DNA of 64,000 nt from Cyanophora paradoxa CCMP329 (lineage: Eukaryota > Plantae > Glaucophyta): positions 62,001-126,000 of the forward strand of contig QPMI01000469.1 of the NCBI GenBank assembly GCA_004431415.1, read 5' to 3'. The notes beneath the pieces are model-generated. The model had not been told where the DNA came from. It saw only the letters and a list, made by a program, of their open reading frames with translations, and searched no databases. Position numbers and translations under genes: made by a program. This document shows positions 36,902 through 48,278 of this stretch, one piece after another (the stretch's first letter is position 1; each line of letters opens with the position of its first letter).

Positions 36902-39900
36902 CTAGCGTAGGGGCTCGCCGGGCCCCGTGCGGATCGGGGGCGCCTGGAAGAGGCCGCCCCTGTTGAACTCGGCGGCGTTCCAGGGGTTGCCCCCCTCGGG
37001 GACGCGCATCTCGCACTGGTGCCCGAAGTACCTGCCGGCCGGCGGCGCGTGAGCCTTGGGTCAGAAAGCGAGCGGCCTCGTGTCGCGCGGAGGGGCGCTA
37101 GCGCACCCCGCCTTGCACATGCAGTGCCCCGTGATGTGGTCGGCGTGGCCGTTGCCCGAGCACTCCAGGGTGCCCAGCGTGCTGCAGTCCCAGTTGCTGT
37201 ACCCCTCGTCGCAGAAGCACTGCCCGACCTCCATGTCGCAGCGCCCGTGCCCCGAGCAGTTGCGCGGGCACGCCACCGTGAGGCAGTCCTGCGGAGCACG
37301 CGCGCGCGAGCCGTTGGCACGGGCACGGGGGGCGGGAGCGGTAGCGGGCAAGGGCGCGGACCTGGCCGCTGAAGCCCGGGTAGCAGCGGCACTTGCCGGT
37401 GTGGTAGTTGCAGGCGCCGTTGCCGGCGCAGTCGAGGGGGCACTCGGTCTTGGAGCAGTCGTCGTCGAAGTAGCCGGGCTTGCAGCGGCAGATGCCCGTG
37501 TCGTAGTTGCACGTGCCGCGCGTCTCGTTCACCTGCGGGCCCGTCGCGTTCGCCGCCAGCGGGTAGTAGTACGTGCAGTTCATCGGGCAGAGCTGCGCGC
37601 GCCTGGGGGTGAGGCTGGGCGGGGCAGGGGGGCGGCGGGGCGCGGGCGGGCCTTGTACTGGCACTGGTTGCCGAACCAGCCGGCGTTGCAGATGCAGTTG
37701 TCGTTGAGGAAGTCGCAGCGGCCGTTGAAGCCGCAGCCGCCCGGGCACTTGGAGTAGCGGCAGTCGTAGCCCCAGAAGGCCCGCAGGCACTGGCAGTTCC
37801 CGTTGTTGTCGCAGAAGCCCTGCCTGCGCGCCCCGCCGCTCGCCCCGGCGCGGCGCAAGGCCCGGGGCGGGCGGGGCGGGGCGGGGCGGACCCGTAGCAG
37901 CCGTTGGGGCACTCCTTGCGGGAGCAGTCGTCGCCCGTGAAGCCCGGGTCGCAGTAGCAGGCCCCCTTCTTGATGTCGCACGACCCGTGGAAGTTGCAGT
38001 TGTTCGGGCACTCCACCGGCTGCACCGCCCCGCCGCGCCTCCGTGAGGCCCCGCGGCGCGCCCCGGGCGGGACATCGACCGCGGCGCACCGTGAGACCTG
38101 CCGACCAGGCGGCCGTGTCCCCGGGGCCCGTAACCTTGTCCGCGTAGTTGATCGGCACCGAGCAGACCGTCTGCCGCGGACCGTGAGCAGCCAGGGGGGC
38201 GGCGGCGGGGCCGGCGGCAGAGGCCTGGGGCCCAGCTCTCACCCGGATGCTGCTGTCGTCTGTGAAGATGACGTTGAGGATGTAGACGCCGGGGGGCGTC
38301 ACGCTCGCCGCCGCCGGCGTGTACGTCAGCTGCGGGCGTGCGCGCGTCAGCAGGGGGCGGGGCGGGGCGGGCGGGGCGAGGGCGGGCCTTGGCGCGGAAG
38401 GGGGAGAGGCGGCGGGTGCCGGCGGGGGGGTCCATGACCATGCCGGGGAGGACGTCGCCCCCCAGGGCTGCCCGCCCCGCGTCGCCCCCCGACGCCGCGC
38501 GACGGGCGGGCGGGCGGGGGGGCGGGGGGGCGCACAGAGGGTCAGGTGGGTGGAGAGCTCGTTGAAGCCCGTGAAGGTGATCTGCGCGGGGCCCTCAGCG
38601 CCGGCGCGAGCGGCGGGGGGCCGGCCCCGGGCCGGCGCGCACGGAGTAGTTGCGGCCTGCGGGGAGGAGCCCGCCGACGTACATCGTGTCCTGCCCGAGC
38701 GAGTGCGCGCACAGCGGGAACGAGGAGACGAGGAACGTGTACTGCGCCCCGCCCCGCCCCGCCGGCTCAGCCCCGAGCGGCGCAAGGGCGGCCCCGAGGC
38801 GCGCACGGAGCGCATGAAGGCGAGGGCGGCGTCGAGGCCGGCCGACGCCTCCAGGATGAACGTGTAGAAGAACGAGACCGACTCCGCTGCCGGGCGCGCC
38901 CCCTCGATCCCTGGCGGAGCGAGGGGGCGGCCCGGGGGCGCACTCGGCGCGAGGGAATCGAAGCGATAGGCGAGGGAGACCGCCTCATCGGCGCAGCGCT
39001 GCGGGGCGCGCGCGCGTCGGGGGCAGCCCGCCCGCCGCCCCGGGGGCCGGACAGCGGCGCGCACGGTTTGGCCCGTGGCCATCGGGCTGTTGTAGATCGG
39101 GGTTGGGTTGCGGTTGACGAAGCCTCCGTAGGTCACCTGCCCCCGGCGCGGCGCGGCGTCGGCGAGGCGCCGGCGGGGCGGGGCGGGGTGGGCGGCCGGG
39201 CGCCGCGGGGCGGCGCACGCGGGCGTTGCAGTTGATGGTCGCAAGCGCGAGGTAGAGCTGTGGCAGCGTCTGCGGCGGGGCGGGGCGTCGGCGCCGTCGG
39301 CGTCGGCGGCGGGGGCGGGGCGGGGGCGGGGCACCTTGCCCTGCGCCCGGACGAGGGCGGTGCAGTTCGCGTCGGGGTCCGTCGGCTGCGGCGACGTCAG
39401 GAGAGAAAGGAGGAAAAGGAGAAGGAGGAAGGGGCGAGGGCTCGCCTGGGACACGACGGTGTTGCACGTGTCGTAGTTGTCGGCGCGCGTGGACCAAGGC
39501 TGCTCCTGGTCGGGATCTGCCGCCCCGCTGAGGACAGCGCACTGAAGCGAGCCGTCTGCCCCGCGCACCGATGTTGTGCAGGTACTGGACCTTCGTGATC
39601 GCCGACGCGCCGACGTTCGTGAGGACCACCTGGGGGGCGCCTCGGAAAAGAAAAGGAGAAGAAGGGAAGAGGGGCCGGGGGCGGCGCGCCTGGACGGTGA
39701 AAAAGAGGTCGTCTTCGTTGAAGTAGATCGTCTTCTGGACCTGCACGGCCGACGTGACGAGGTTCGAGCCTGCGCCCGCGCTCGGCGGCGCCCGCGCGAC
39801 GGCCCCGCCCCCTCCGAGCGCACCGGTGGCGGTCGTGGAGGTCGCGCCGGCCGTCCCGAGCCACTCGACGCTCTTCCTGGTCCCCGAGCTCGTTTCGACG

Positions 39901-40428
39901 ATCGCAGCGGGCGCAATCTGCCGGCTCGGGATGAGGCCCGTGCGCTCGCAGGGCCGAGCCACGCACGTCGATCTGGTTCATCAGGCCGTAGTTGTTGAAG
40001 CGCTGCACCACGCCGTTCGTGTCCGTGAACTCCAGCGTCCAGCCCTCCTCCGGCGTTCCCGGAAGGAACTGCGGCAGGGGCTGAGCGGCCGGGCGCGTGG
40101 CTCAGGAACAGACCGGCAGCTCACGTAGTCTCCGGAGTACGGAGGCGAACCCGTGCTCCACCCATCCATGCCGTAGTCGGCCTGGCGGGCAATTTCAGAG
40201 GAAGCGCGTACGCTCAGGGCTCGGGGGGCGCACCGAGATGCCGAGCTTGCCGCTGCCTGAGTTGACGTGGTAGCCTGCCGGGGCTGTCGTTGTACTACCT
40301 AAGCTCGACGCTGGGTGGACGCCGACTTCCAGGTACGTCCCCTGCAGAAAGACCGTCTGCCCCTCCTGGTACGCGAGGCTCAGGTGCATGCCGGCAAGTA
40401 AGAGCAGCCCGTATAGCGATGGCTGCAT
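36902..40428 (-). CDS. Secreted protein with N-terminal beta-rich domain and C-terminal tenascin-type EGF repeats, multi-exon
   Basis: Signal peptide MQPSLYGLLLLAG; repeated CPxxCxxxGxC..C.C..G..G.DC units; stop at 36902. Confidence 0.85.
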
Positions 40429-40977
40429 CCGCGACCTCGCCGGATGCCTGTGGCCTGCCATAGCTGGCTGTGCCAGCGTGGCTGCGCCTCAGATAGCTGG
40501 ACGGGACCGGCCAGGCACGAATGCAGCAACTATCCAATCACGCAGTGGCTGACCCGTCCAGCTGCTGGACGCGTATCTCGTGCGCGGTGGCAGAGTCGCA
40601 GTACGGATAGCGGACCAGTCCGACCGCTATTGCTAGGTCGATGCACTTATCAGCTTAGCTACCGTCTAGATATCGATGGGGCGCTGACTCTGCAGGCGGC
40701 GCAAGCATAGGAGAACTGTACCCCCGCATGCGATCAATTTTCGAATTCGGTCACTTCCGATCATGATCAGGCCGGCGCTAGAGCTTCGAATTCTAGCTAT
40801 AGCTAGGGCTGGATCAAGAAACTCGGCCTAACCTCGCGAATTGGGTCGAGCGCTTAAAGATCGGGGCAGGCGCTGGCGCGCTCCGGCTCAGATATTCGAT
40901 TGCGCGCTGTGTACATGTACAGGCCCCCGCGCGCCGGTACAGAGACGCCCCCGACCGTTCCGTCTCGGCGCGTGCCC

Positions 40978-42565
40978 TCAAGCGACGACGTTCATGCCTG
41001 CGGCGCCGTGAGCCAAGGCCGGAGGGGGATGGGGGGAGCGAGAGTGACGTGAGCGTACCCTCCTGGTGACGCAGAGAGAAGCTCTTGAAAGCTGCGATGG
41101 GGTGAGGCGGGGCGGGCGGGGGCCGGGGGCGGGGGCGGGGTCACCGGAGATGATCTGGTCGTCCTCGCGCTCGCGCGCCGCCGCCTCCGACTCGATCTCC
41201 TTCTTGAGCTGCAGGCGGAGGTGTGCAGCCCCTCAGCGAGCCGCCGGAGCCGCCGCAGCCGGCGGGGCGCACCTTGGCGAACTCCTCGCGGACGTAGGCG
41301 TTGAACTTCTCGGTGCCCTTGTCGCGCTGCGCCCGGTCGAGCGCGATCTCGTCCCGCACCTTCGCCACCTGGTTCTCCCGCGTCGTCTGCGGCGCCGGCG
41401 TCAGCGCCCGCCCGAGGCCCCGGCCGTGGAAGACGGCCGCGGACCCGCTCGACGTCGTTGGCCTGCTCGAGCTTGAAGACGGCCTCCTCGATGCGCTTGA
41501 GGATCATGGCCTCGGCCTCCTGCCGTCCCTTCTTCTCCCGCTCCACGCTGCTCTCGCACACCTGCGCGCCGGCCGCCGTCGCGTCCCAGCGCGGGCGGGG
41601 AAGGGGCGGCGGGGGCCGGCGCGCCTCCATGCGCTTGTTGAAGGACTGGATGGCGGCCTCGAGCTTCGTGAAGATCGCCTCGTACCGCTCCGCCATCGTC
41701 CTGCGTCGCCTCAGCGCGGGAAGAGCCCGCGGGGGCCCTCCGAGCGGCGCCGGCGCACTTCTCGAGGAGGTCGAGGCGTGCGTTGACGTCCACGACGGCC
41801 TTCTTCAGGGGCTCCACCAGGTCGATGAACTGCGCCCCGCCGCCGCGTCGGGGGCCCCGAGAGGCAGGCACGCGCGCTCGCCGGCGCTGGGGGAGGAGGG
41901 CACCTGCTGCTCCATCTTGGCGTGCAGGTTGATCAGCTGGCCCTCGAAGGTCGCCTGTGCGCCACCGGGTCAGCGGCGGGCGCGCGTGTGCGGAGAGCGG
42001 CGCGTAGCGACCTGCAGGTTCCTGTCGGCTTCCGCACGCTTCCTCGCCTCCGACTTGTTTGCACTGTCCACCGCTCGGATCTCATCCTGCGCAGCGCCGA
42101 GTGGGCGGCCTGGAGAGGCGGCGGCCCGGCGGCCCCGCCGCTGCCCGAGGCTTTGCCGTTCCGGCGAGGGGGCCGCACCTGGAGCGCGCGCAGTCTCCTC
42201 TCCTCCTCTTCCCTCCTCGCCTCCACCTTCCGCTCGAACTCGACGTAGAAGCGATCCAGTTGAACTGGCGTTCATAGCTAAGCTTAAGAACGCATTTGAT
42301 ATGCGAAGCTAAAGTGTGCACCCGTCATTGCCTCCAGCCGGGCACCCGCCGGGACCTGGCCATCCCTGCGTCTAGCTGTGAGCGCCAGCGAGGTTGCCAG
42401 AGGGAAGGCCAACCTGTCGACTGGGATGGAGACTCCCATGCTTGTCAGGCCCTTGGGCGTTGTGCCGCCGGTTAGCGGTCCCTGTTTCGGCGTGGTGCCG
42501 CCAGTGAGAGGCGCCGGGGTGGTTGCGGCAAGCTTGGCATGAATTGCCGGTGTCGGCGTCGTCAT
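40978..42565 (-). CDS. SF-assemblin / beta-giardin family striated-fibre protein, multi-exon
   Basis: Pro/Thr-rich head with TTPK repeats, long coiled coil, and C-terminal EREDDQIISAF..QEGMNVV typical of SF-assemblin. Confidence 0.8.
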
Positions 42566-42929
42566 GGTAGCTGTGTTGCTGTTGCCGAAAAATAGGCGAA
42601 AGTTACTTGTACCCGCCTGACACACCGAGAGTGACCGAGTCACCGCGTCGAAGTCAGCGAGGACGGCAGCAGCACGCGCCGCGAATCGCCCGCCGTGATG
42701 CTGTTCACCATACCTTTCCACCGCGCGCCGGCGCCGGATACAGCTCCACCACAAGCGGGGCCGCGCGCCGCACCTCCCGGCGCCAGTACATGCTCTATAA
42801 CTAGCGCCAGCGGTGCGATCAGCGCCCTGCGGCCGGCGTGTCTAGCGGATCGACCAGCGCGCGAGTCGCCAGCAGCGCGAGCGTGTGATTTCATCGGGCT
42901 CAGGCTCGGCAGACGATTCATCGAGCGCT

Positions 42930-45388
42930 CATGTATTCCATCGCAAGTCAAGACAGCCGCTCGCTGCTCGGCGGGCCGCGCGGCAGACTCGTCCAGCATC
43001 GTAGCACAAGCGTGCACGTGGACGCCTCCGACCGAGGCTAAAGCAGCTCGAACAGCGTTGTACGAGTCTCCCGACCGTGCGCGCTCGCCCGTCGGCCCCG
43101 CTGAGCCGCGTCATACCGCTTCGCTGCACTGCGCGGCATTGCGTGACTTTCGCGCGTCAAAATGCAGGGAGCGTCGTCGTCGAAACGGACTTCGACTCAG
43201 GGAACGGGAGGGTCGTGCGCACGCAGGTCCTGGGTCCGGACGCCGAGTGCGTCATCTGGATCGAGATCGAACGTGCGTGCCGCGCGAGTCCCTCGCAGGC
43301 GCCAGCGCATGTACAGGTGGCTTATCGCGCTCGCAGCTGACACAAACTCTCGGGACTACCAGTGGTATGTCCTTGAAGAGTTAGCGCTTTGCTTTTACAT
43401 TGACGCGGCATCGTGGGCGCAGGTTCCATGTTCGCGTCCGGTCCGCTCCGCTCTCCCCGGGCCCGGCCCCGCCGCTCTCCCGGCCTCGCTTGAGCCTTCC
43501 CCGTCAGATGCGCTCCAGGCCGCCGCCTGCGCCTGATCTTCACCAACGCGCCCGCCGCGTCGTACCCCCGCGGCTGGCAGGGTACGTGTCCGTGCCTGTA
43601 CCCCCGTCCGCTCTGATCGAGCGGAACCGTGGCGTCAGGGTACCGGGCGTACTGGAGCGCGGGGGCGGCCGTGGAGGACTCCGACGCGTGGGAGACTGCG
43701 GAAACGACGTACGACCCCAGCGAAGGCCTCGCGTGCGCGCTTTGCCCCGGGCCCCTCTGTCGTCCGAGGGGCCTCCGCGCTCCGAGTCTTACATGAGCGC
43801 CCGCACCTCCCCCCCCCCCCCCCCCCTCCGCGCGCAGCGTGCGGGTTGTACCCCGATCTGACGAGACTGACGTCGCCCTCTTCGTGCCGTACTCCCTCGC
43901 CCAGGCCCGCAGGGGGATCGGAGGCGGGGGGTACAGGATCGCGCCCCTCATCGCCTCTTCTCGCCACAGGTGGACGCGCTGGTACGGCGGGCGGCGGAGA
44001 GCCGGCGCTGCTCGGCCACGGTGATCGGAGCGAGGCAAGGAGCCGCTGCCGGGGGTCGCTGGAGCGGTGGCTCGGGAGGGCTGACGGTGCGGGGGGCAGC
44101 GTGGAGGGGCGGGCGATCACGGAGCTGCGGTTCGGGGAGGGGCGGGCGGGGGCGGGGAGCAGCTTCTCCCGCCGCAAGCACCTCTGGGTCATCGCCCGCC
44201 AGGCGCGCCCCCGCCCCCGCCCCCGCCCCCGCCCCGCCCCCCGGGCACCGCCGGCGAGCCCCGCCCCGCTGGGGCGCGCAGCACCCCGGGGAGGCGATGG
44301 CCTCTTTCTTCGTCGAGGGCCTCGTCTCCAGGCGCGCCGGCCCGCCCGCCCTCCGCCCCCGCGCCCCGAGGCCGGCCCCGCAGGCTGCTCGCTTCTGACG
44401 CGGGGGCCGAGGACGCCGAGGTCGAGCGGCTGCTGGCCCGCGCCGACGTGCATGTCGTACCCCTCATGAACCCCGGTACGCGCGCGGGGCGAGGGCATCC
44501 GAGGAACTCACGCGCCCGCCCGGGGGCACAGACGGCGTGTTTTGGGGCAACCACAGGAACAACGCCGCCGGCATCGACCTCAACAGGCGCGCGCGCCGCG
44601 CGGCCGGCATACGTGCGTGCAGGGCAGCGCTCACCCGTGCCCCTCGGCAGGCAGTGGAACACGCCGGACCCCGAGCGCGCCCCTGAGGTGAGCGTTCTGC
44701 TGGCTAGTCCTCGCCGGCTCCCTCACCGCCCGGCCGACGATTCCGCCTTCCCCCCCCCCTTTTTCCCCTGCCCCCCGCTGCAGGTGGCGTGCGTGCGGAA
44801 GCGGATGGAGGAGACGGGCTGCCACTTCTTCCTCGACGCCCACGGCGACGAGGGTTCGAGCCCGCCAAGGTCCCTTCAATCTAGACAGGGCTTGAGATTG
44901 TCCCCCTCTCAGGCCTCCCTTACGTCTTCGTGGCGGGCTCGGAAGGCGTACCTTCTTTCGGGCCCCGCGTCGCCGACCTCCAGGTATCCCCGGACCCTTG
45001 ATCGGTTTCTCTTCTTCCTGCCTCTTTTTGCTGACTGCCCCCTCAGGACCGGTTCAAGGCGCTGTACAGCAGTGTGAACCCGTCCTTCCAGGACGAGTGC
45101 GTACCCCGCGTGCAGAGCCTTCACGCGCACGCGCGCGCCTGCGCAGCGAGGTGAGGGGGCCTGGGGCGCAGGTACAACTACGGGCGGCGTGCGCCGGGGA
45201 GGGCGAACCTGGGAATCGCGACGAGCTCGGTGGGGGAGCGCCACCGCTGCCTCGCCTTCACCCTCGAGATGCCCTTCCTCGCCTGCCGCCGCGACCCCGA
45301 CCCCCTCCACGGCTTCGGCGCCCCCCGCGCCCGCCGCCTCGGCGCCGCCCTCCCCGCCGTCCTCTCCTCCCTCGTCGACGACCTCTAG
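42930..45388 (+). CDS. M14-family zinc carboxypeptidase (cytosolic carboxypeptidase-like), multi-exon
   Basis: DFDSGN, QWFHVR, ARQHPGE (HxxE), PLMNPDG, NAAGIDLNR, FLDAHGDE, FTLEMPF. Start codon uncertain. Confidence 0.88.
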
Positions 45389-45516
45389 CCACACAAGGCA
45401 GGCAAGCCTATAGCTAGCCATAGGTCAGGGAGGGAGCCCAGGGGCAGGCGCAGCTGCAGCCTAGAGAGATCGACAGGAAGTCATGATCAGCAGCGGCAGC
45501 CGTCAGGGAATCAGAC

Positions 45517-45545
45517 GCAGCGCAGCGCAGCGCAGCGCAGCGCAG
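45517..45545. repeat. (CGCAG)n pentanucleotide repeat next to the host/virus junction
   Basis: About six CGCAG units read directly. Confidence 0.85.
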
Positions 45546-45564
45546 GTCACGGGTATACGAAGCA

Positions 45565-45847
45565 ACACATAGTAAAATGCGGAGTTTTAACCCTCGGCTT
45601 ATCTTAATTGATTTTGTTGATATATCTCGTATATTCTATTTCAATCAATCGATAATCTGTGTATATCTTATCGAATATTCAATTATTTCGATTATTTTGT
45701 ATTCTTTTCGATATTTTATCGTAAATCTCTCTTATTTTCCGATTAGTCTTACTGAGTCTATCGATAATCTGTATATATTTCCGAATAATATAACTGAATC
45801 TCAATTAGATCTTGCCTCTGGTTAAAACTCCGCATTTTACTATGTGT
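45565..45847. repeat. 28-bp perfect inverted repeat (45565-45592 / 45820-45847) around a 227-bp T-rich spacer
   Basis: ACACATAGTAAAATGCGGAGTTTTAACC and its exact reverse complement. Confidence 0.95.
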
Positions 45848-46101
45848 GATTGGTCTAAAAGTTAATTGATTTAATCGATATTATATTCATGTACTTTCTC
45901 GATTAAATTTAATTAAATTTAATTCATTTAATCGGAAATATATCGCTAAACTCGATTAAGATCCATAAAAGATTCATTTGTTTAATAAAACAAATCGATC
46001 TCTTATTGAATTCAATCGTAATTATACATGAAACTTATATGATTTGATCATTGTTTTATTGAGTCTAAGGGGGGACCCTTAGGAATTTAATGAATAATTG
46101 G

Positions 46102-46192
46102 GTGTCACAGGTGTCACAGGTCCATCCCATCGAAAGGGAAAATCACTCTTTATAGGGCTTGAGCTGGGATAAACCTGTGACACCTGTGACAC
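46102..46192. promoter_or_regulatory. 20-bp inverted repeat built from 9-bp tandem units; candidate replication origin or protein-binding site
   Basis: GTGTCACAGGTGTCACAGGT (46102-46121) and ACCTGTGACACCTGTGACAC (46173-46192). Function is inferred. Confidence 0.55.
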
Positions 46193-46698
46193 ATACCATA
46201 TTCAGTAAGGACCTCATATATTGTTAAAATCTCAGTGTTAGTTGGTGTAGTTGATTCAAAAAATGCATTTATACTCTGATTCATTGTTATTTCCTGTGAA
46301 ATTTGAGTCAACTCAACCCACTTAGTCAACCCTTGCATTGAATTCGTAACAAAATCCATATACTATTACTACTTTTACGATTAATATGAGTCAACCTTGA
46401 GTCCACTTAAATATAAATATAATATAATAGGGGGAATCTAGGGCAGATGCTGAGTGTTATTGTAAGGAAATCGAATAGTATTCGAAATACTTGACATTGC
46501 TTAATGTAGGGTGCATTCATATTTCGGCTACATCATACAGTAGAAATCTATCGTAACAAATGACCGGAATCCGGAAAATAATCATTGTAGAAAGCTATTG
46601 TATGAAAAGGATATATTATATCCTTTTTTAACAGTAGCTGATCAATGTTATTGTTAGAAAAACAAAGGAATCCTTTAGAAATTCATTATAGAAACCCA

Positions 46699-47097
46699 TC
46701 AAAACGGGAATCTATCATGTTTATGTCTCTCAGTCTTCTCAAATGTGAGGAAATTCATTGTTTTATCGATCTCATCAGCAACTGCTTGTGTTTTATGCTG
46801 AGCTTCTTTACCACAACTGAATATATCAATTGCTAACATACCTTCATTGGAATAACAATGAGCTGTGCAATGGCTTTCATCTAAAAGCAAAACCAATGCA
46901 AACCCAGGAGGTGATACTTTGCCATCAAATATCTCACAGTGTTTATGAACAATCCTAATGCCTTGTCTTAATACTGCTTGTTCAAGGGTTCCCATAATCC
47001 AATTACCTAGGAAGCTAACATGCTCATGTCCTGTTGCAATAGCTGATTTAGCCTTGTAATCAAGCATAACATGAAAGCCTCTGTATTGAGTCTCCAT
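46699..47097 (-). CDS. speD: Prokaryotic-type pyruvoyl S-adenosylmethionine decarboxylase proenzyme (SpeD/SpeH-like)
   Basis: 132 aa; G.HVMLD N-motif, PPGF..VLLLDESHCTAHCY self-cleavage motif, AIDIFSCG. Confidence 0.9.
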   Translation of the reverse strand: METQYRGFHVMLDYKAKSAIATGHEHVSFLGNWIMGTLEQAVLRQGIRIVHKHCEIFDGKVSPPGFALVLLLDESHCTAHCYSNEGMLAIDIFSCGKEAQHKTQAVADEIDKTMNFLTFEKTERHKHDRFPF

Positions 47098-47126
47098 TAA
47101 GAATACCTTAGAAAAATTAATTAAAC

Positions 47127-47399
47127 CTAATCGAACCTAATACACACATCCCTATATTCCACAGTGATTGATGAAGTAGCCCTTTTCCTATAAGCCTGAG
47201 AGTGCTTTTTGTTGCATTCCCTACACCCTGATCCCTTCACATGATTGAATGGATAGGTAAGGATCACCTTATTACACTGCAAACATCTAACAGATACTTT
47301 CTCTTGAGCTTTGATGTAATGTGTCTCACTGTAATCGAATTTATCTTTACCATGAACTGTCATAGCAGCATCAATAAACTTTTTTGTTTTAGTATCCAT
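47127..47399 (-). CDS. Stand-alone DUF723-like zinc-ribbon protein
   Basis: KFI..A..VHG.DKFDYS...Y.....KV...C..C......P.NH..G.GC..C pattern, seen in viral homing-endonuclease-associated domains. Confidence 0.75.
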   Translation of the reverse strand: MDTKTKKFIDAAMTVHGKDKFDYSETHYIKAQEKVSVRCLQCNKVILTYPFNHVKGSGCRECNKKHSQAYRKRATSSITVEYRDVCIRFD

Positions 47400-47421
47400 A
47401 CTCTATATATACCCAATATTC

Positions 47422-48255
47422 TTATGGAGCAGTATCCTGCCCAAAAATGGGGAAATATCGATTTGTGCCATAGTATTCAGCATAGGTATTCTGCTTTGCA
47501 ATAAAATCGGTTCTCTCAGCATATAATACACACTTGTAGATACCAAACTTGGTGGCTCTCACTAAGAACTGGTAATCTTCTAAACCGAAATTGACTCCAT
47601 GATAAGCAATTCCAAAATTATCATATGGGGTGATCACAACAGCAAAATTAGGAGTTCCACCCTCTACTTGACAAAGAGCATAAACATCTGGTGGAATATC
47701 CACAACAACCTTGTAGTGGTCACCAATCTCAACAAGAGAGTCTACTACTGCTGTTTGTTCATTTACAACAATGGGGAATATCTTTATAATGTATGGGGCA
47801 TTCATGCTGGGGACATAGGTTCGAATTCTTGTATTGGAATCAATGGGATTGGGTTGATCATTCACAAATAAAGGCGCTCCAACAGCCCCACCAACCCTAA
47901 GACCATCACCAATATAAGCTCCCCCCGATTTGCAGTTAATAGCTCCCGACCTAGATTCAAAAGAATAAGTAGACAGAGGATCTCCATAGCTATCTGGGTC
48001 TCCATAATGAGCAGAGAAGTTTGCATTTGTGACAAGTAGCTTAGTTGTCTTAACTATTCCATTATTTTTATCACATCTGAGTTCCTGTAATCTCAGTTTA
48101 TGGGTGGAACCAAAGGTGTTCATTGTAGGTTGGACCTCTGTTGATTGGAGACCCTCTACATCATCAAAGGTAGCATGCTGTAGAACATGGTTTGCTGGGG
48201 CAGCTAATGATAGCTGTGGTGTAATAATTCGTTCAAGTGGGGGTTGCTCAGCCAT
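47422..48255 (-). CDS. Fibre-like paralogue 1 (shared N-module; phage-fibre-type C-terminal domain)
   Basis: ELRCDKNNGIVKTT..SGGAYIGDG module; C-terminal IP..VYAL..VVITPY..Y.CVLYAERTD. Confidence 0.65.
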   Translation of the reverse strand: MAEQPPLERIITPQLSLAAPANHVLQHATFDDVEGLQSTEVQPTMNTFGSTHKLRLQELRCDKNNGIVKTTKLLVTNANFSAHYGDPDSYGDPLSTYSFESRSGAINCKSGGAYIGDGLRVGGAVGAPLFVNDQPNPIDSNTRIRTYVPSMNAPYIIKIFPIVVNEQTAVVDSLVEIGDHYKVVVDIPPDVYALCQVEGGTPNFAVVITPYDNFGIAYHGVNFGLEDYQFLVRATKFGIYKCVLYAERTDFIAKQNTYAEYYGTNRYFPIFGQDTAP

Positions 48256-48278
48256 TTTACATTAAAGGGATATATCTT

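Noticed and set aside
45577-46359. Short ORFs in the AT-rich left arm (45577-45825, 46150-46359)
   Set aside because: Low-complexity translations of repeats; the CHRCHR string is simply the 9-bp tandem unit.
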